A stretch of DNA of 30,995 bases, from contig JBEULP010000002.1 in the NCBI GenBank assembly GCA_041287245.1, positions 1-30,995 of the forward strand, given 5' to 3'. This stretch comes from Infirmifilum sp. (GTDB lineage: Archaea; Thermoproteota; Thermoprotei; Thermofilales; Thermofilaceae). The notes beneath the pieces were generated by a model. That model had not been told where the DNA came from, searched no databases, and worked only from the letters and a program-made list of their open reading frames with translations. Position 1 is the stretch's first letter. Each line of letters begins with the position of its first letter. The position numbers and the translations under genes are program-made. This document shows positions 28,616-30,995 of this stretch, piece by piece.

Positions 28616-29318
28616 GAGTCAGCTTCCGGTCGATGACTAATAGTTTTCCGTTGCCTATCGGGACCCAGCCCTCGATATCGCCTAGGGGCTCAGAGGCTAC
28701 GGCTACGAGCTCAACCCCTCCTATCATAAACCACCCCATGTACATCGTGTAGTACTCGGTGTCCTGGCTTTTGAAGAGGTTTAGAGCGTAGAGCTGCGAC
28801 CCGTCGCTGAAGACAGAGTTCAGGCTTGTGTAGCCGATGCCTTCCAGCTGGCTTATCGTCTTCTTCACCCCCTCGACTGTATCCCCGAGGGCTTCTATGT
28901 TGCTGAGGAGCAGGTGGAAGAAAGCCTCCGAGTCCGTATTCCCGGCGAGGCGGGAAGCCTTCTCGCCCAGGAGTTCCAGGAGGCTTTCGTAGCTGTTAAT
29001 GGTCCCGTTGTGTGCGAACGCCCAGGTGTCGTAGAGGAAGGGGTGTGTGTTCTTATAGCTGACTTCACCCTGGCTTGCTTTTCTTATGTGGGCTATCAGA
29101 AGCATAGTCCTGATTTCAGGGATTAGTTTCCTGGCGTTTTCCGATGTATAGAGGGGTATAGGCTCCTTGTGGAGCTCCCAGCCCGTGTTACTCGTCCAGG
29201 CCACCCCCCAGCCGTCCTTGTGCTCCTGTGAGAGGGAGGAGAGATTGGTGTCGCCTGTGAAGAAAGCGAACGAGGGGCTGATCGGTCGCCTGGCGATAAA
29301 AGCGAATAATCTACACAC
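28584..29318 (-). CDS. Class II glutamine amidotransferase (YafJ/EgtC-like)
   Basis: Cys2, HKDGWG, AHIRKAS, NTHPF, HNG, TDSE, ASEPL. Confidence 0.9.
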   Translation of the reverse strand: MCRLFAFIARRPISPSFAFFTGDTNLSSLSQEHKDGWGVAWTSNTGWELHKEPIPLYTSENARKLIPEIRTMLLIAHIRKASQGEVSYKNTHPFLYDTWAFAHNGTINSYESLLELLGEKASRLAGNTDSEAFFHLLLSNIEALGDTVEGVKKTISQLEGIGYTSLNSVFSDGSQLYALNLFKSQDTEYYTMYMGWFMIGGVELVAVASEPLGDIEGWVPIGNGKLLVIDRKLTPTVYPLPPHR

Positions 29319-29401
29319 GTGGCTAAAAGCCTGAAACTCTTATAAACTTCTCGCATAGCTGCCTGCGAAAAACCTATATCGCTACAAGTAGTCTCGCATC
29401 T

Positions 29402-29965
29402 GTGGTCTGGGAAAGGCTCTTCACATTTGCAGAGACAGCTCTATTGGTTCTCCTCGCTGAGCTAGGGGACAAGACAATGCTGGCCACGGCAACCCTAGCT
29501 ATGTTCAACAACCCCTTTTACGTTCTCGGCGTCTCACTCCTAGGCTTTCTCATCGCTAATGCAGTACCAGTCGCAGCTGCCTGCATGTTGTCTAGTCTTC
29601 TCCAGGATCAGAAATGGATTATGGATTTACTTGCAGGCCTTCTCTTCACACTCCTAGGAATACACATGTGGCGTAAGAGTCCCTCGAGAGGCGAGGGAAA
29701 AACGCTGGGCACAACGTTCGCAGCTCTTGTGCTCTCCGAGATAGGCGACAAAACCCAGATTACAACAGTAGCAGTGGCAGCGAGAATACAAGACCCCCTT
29801 CTAACGGTTCTAGGGGGCCTAGCCGGCTACCTCGCCGCTAACGTCGTGGGGATTTTCGCCTTAAGGTTGGTGGCTAACACGCTACAGGTCGAGAACCTAG
29901 GTCGTGCGGCATCCCTGGTGTTCATCCTGGTAGGGATCGCCACCCTCCTGGATGTTTTTCTCTAA
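29402..29965 (+). CDS. GDT1/TMEM165 (UPF0016) cation transporter
   Basis: Two E-phi-GDKT motifs (ELGDKT, EIGDKT). Confidence 0.92.
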   Translation: MVWERLFTFAETALLVLLAELGDKTMLATATLAMFNNPFYVLGVSLLGFLIANAVPVAAACMLSSLLQDQKWIMDLLAGLLFTLLGIHMWRKSPSRGEGKTLGTTFAALVLSEIGDKTQITTVAVAARIQDPLLTVLGGLAGYLAANVVGIFALRLVANTLQVENLGRAASLVFILVGIATLLDVFL

Positions 29966-30995
29966 CTCACGACCGTTCTCGTGATAACCTCTTTAGCGCT
30001 ATTCTCATCCAATACCAGCTTGTGAAGTATCGTGTACCTATCCCTCAGCCTAGGCGCTACTAGAAGCGCCTGAACAGCCTCTTCCACGCTGAGCCCGAGC
30101 TCTCCAATAGTCGTGGGGGCACCTACTCTCCTCAGCGCCTTCTTTATCCCAGCCCAGTCGAAGCCGTGAAGGTAAGCCGCTATTATAGTCCCCAGGCCAA
30201 CCTGCTCTCCGTGCAGCCCCTTCCCACCGTAAAGCTTGTCGAGAGCGTGGCTGAAAAGGTGTTCACTGCCGCTACAGGGTCTACTGCTGCCAGCTATAGA
30301 CATGGCCATGCCGGCTAGCAGGCCAGCCTCAGCCAGGAGGCGAAGACCCCTCTCGGAAAAGGAGGCAATCTCCTCCACCTCTTCCAGGACCATTCTAGCC
30401 GCGCCTTCAGCCATCCTAAGCGCCATCTCCGACGTGTACTCCCCCTTCTCACGTATCGCTAGGCGCGCGTCGGCAACGCTTGTAATTTTGGCTATAATGT
30501 CTGCAAAACCGCTGGATAATAGCCTCCTCGGGGCGTGAGAGACAATTTCGAGGTCCACTATAACCCCCATGGGAGTCCTTGTAAAGAGCGAGAGGGGGTT
30601 TCCCTGGTCATCCTTCAACGCGACGATGGGGCTGGCAAAGCCGTCGTGGCTTATCGACGTGGGGATGCTCACGAATATCCTGCCAAGCTTGTAGGCGAGG
30701 AACTTGCCAGCGTCCACTGGCCTACCGCCGCCCATGCCGGCGACGCAGCGGAACTCGACGCCAGCTAGCTCTCCCAGGAGCTTCTCCAGGAAGGAGTGGT
30801 CGTTGCTCGAGACGTTTGTAAAGTAAGGCTTGATGTTCTCCCGCAAGAGCAGCTGTTCAACCCTTACGCCGTATAGACTTCTAACGTTGATGTCGCTTAC
30901 AATGAGGACAGAGCTACAGCCCAGATCCTGGAGAACAACCGGCACATCCTCAATCGCCCCTCTCCTGATTATCACGCGACCCGGAAGGTTAAAGT
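29962..30995 (-). CDS. egsA: sn-glycerol-1-phosphate dehydrogenase (5' end outside the window)
   Basis: GGGRPVD.GK, PTSISHDGFASP, SSRPCSGSEHLFSHALD, HGEQVG, RDRYTIL. The frame is open to the window edge (FNLPGRVII). Confidence 0.93.
   Translation of the reverse strand, partial: FNLPGRVIIRRGAIEDVPVVLQDLGCSSVLIVSDINVRSLYGVRVEQLLLRENIKPYFTNVSSNDHSFLEKLLGELAGVEFRCVAGMGGGRPVDAGKFLAYKLGRIFVSIPTSISHDGFASPIVALKDDQGNPLSLFTRTPMGVIVDLEIVSHAPRRLLSSGFADIIAKITSVADARLAIREKGEYTSEMALRMAEGAARMVLEEVEEIASFSERGLRLLAEAGLLAGMAMSIAGSSRPCSGSEHLFSHALDKLYGGKGLHGEQVGLGTIIAAYLHGFDWAGIKKALRRVGAPTTIGELGLSVEEAVQALLVAPRLRDRYTILHKLVLDENSAKEVITRTVVS

Overview
Archaeal chromosomal window. Evidence: egsA, PolB2, a DhnA-type aldolase and leaderless TATA-box genes; gene style suggests Thermoproteota, probably Thermofilaceae (inference). 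The first ~5.7 kb is an accessory zone. It holds a damaged HEPN-MNT toxin-antitoxin remnant, a large secreted hypothetical protein, a decayed tnpB-only IS200/IS605 element (1987-2812), a coiled-coil PD-(D/E)XK (DUF3782-like) protein, a radical SAM gene, three further IS200/IS605 right-end/omegaRNA-like modules and one unexplained structured non-coding stretch. The tnpB element has IS608-like ends (TTAC / AAAG guide; GAAC guide / TCAG) and appears to have inserted into another, orphan omegaRNA module on the opposite strand. The rest is metabolic and housekeeping: Mo-bisPGD oxidoreductase, stand-alone encapsulated-ferritin-like protein, NUDIX, nitroreductase, YkgJ, rubrerythrin-VIT1, a Liv ABC transporter, fba-pfkB, a nucleoside catabolism cluster, Nnr, MATE, AIR-synthase-like protein plus ECF S-component, PolB2 plus SWIM, GATase II, GDT1 and egsA. 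No rRNA, tRNA or CRISPR array was seen.
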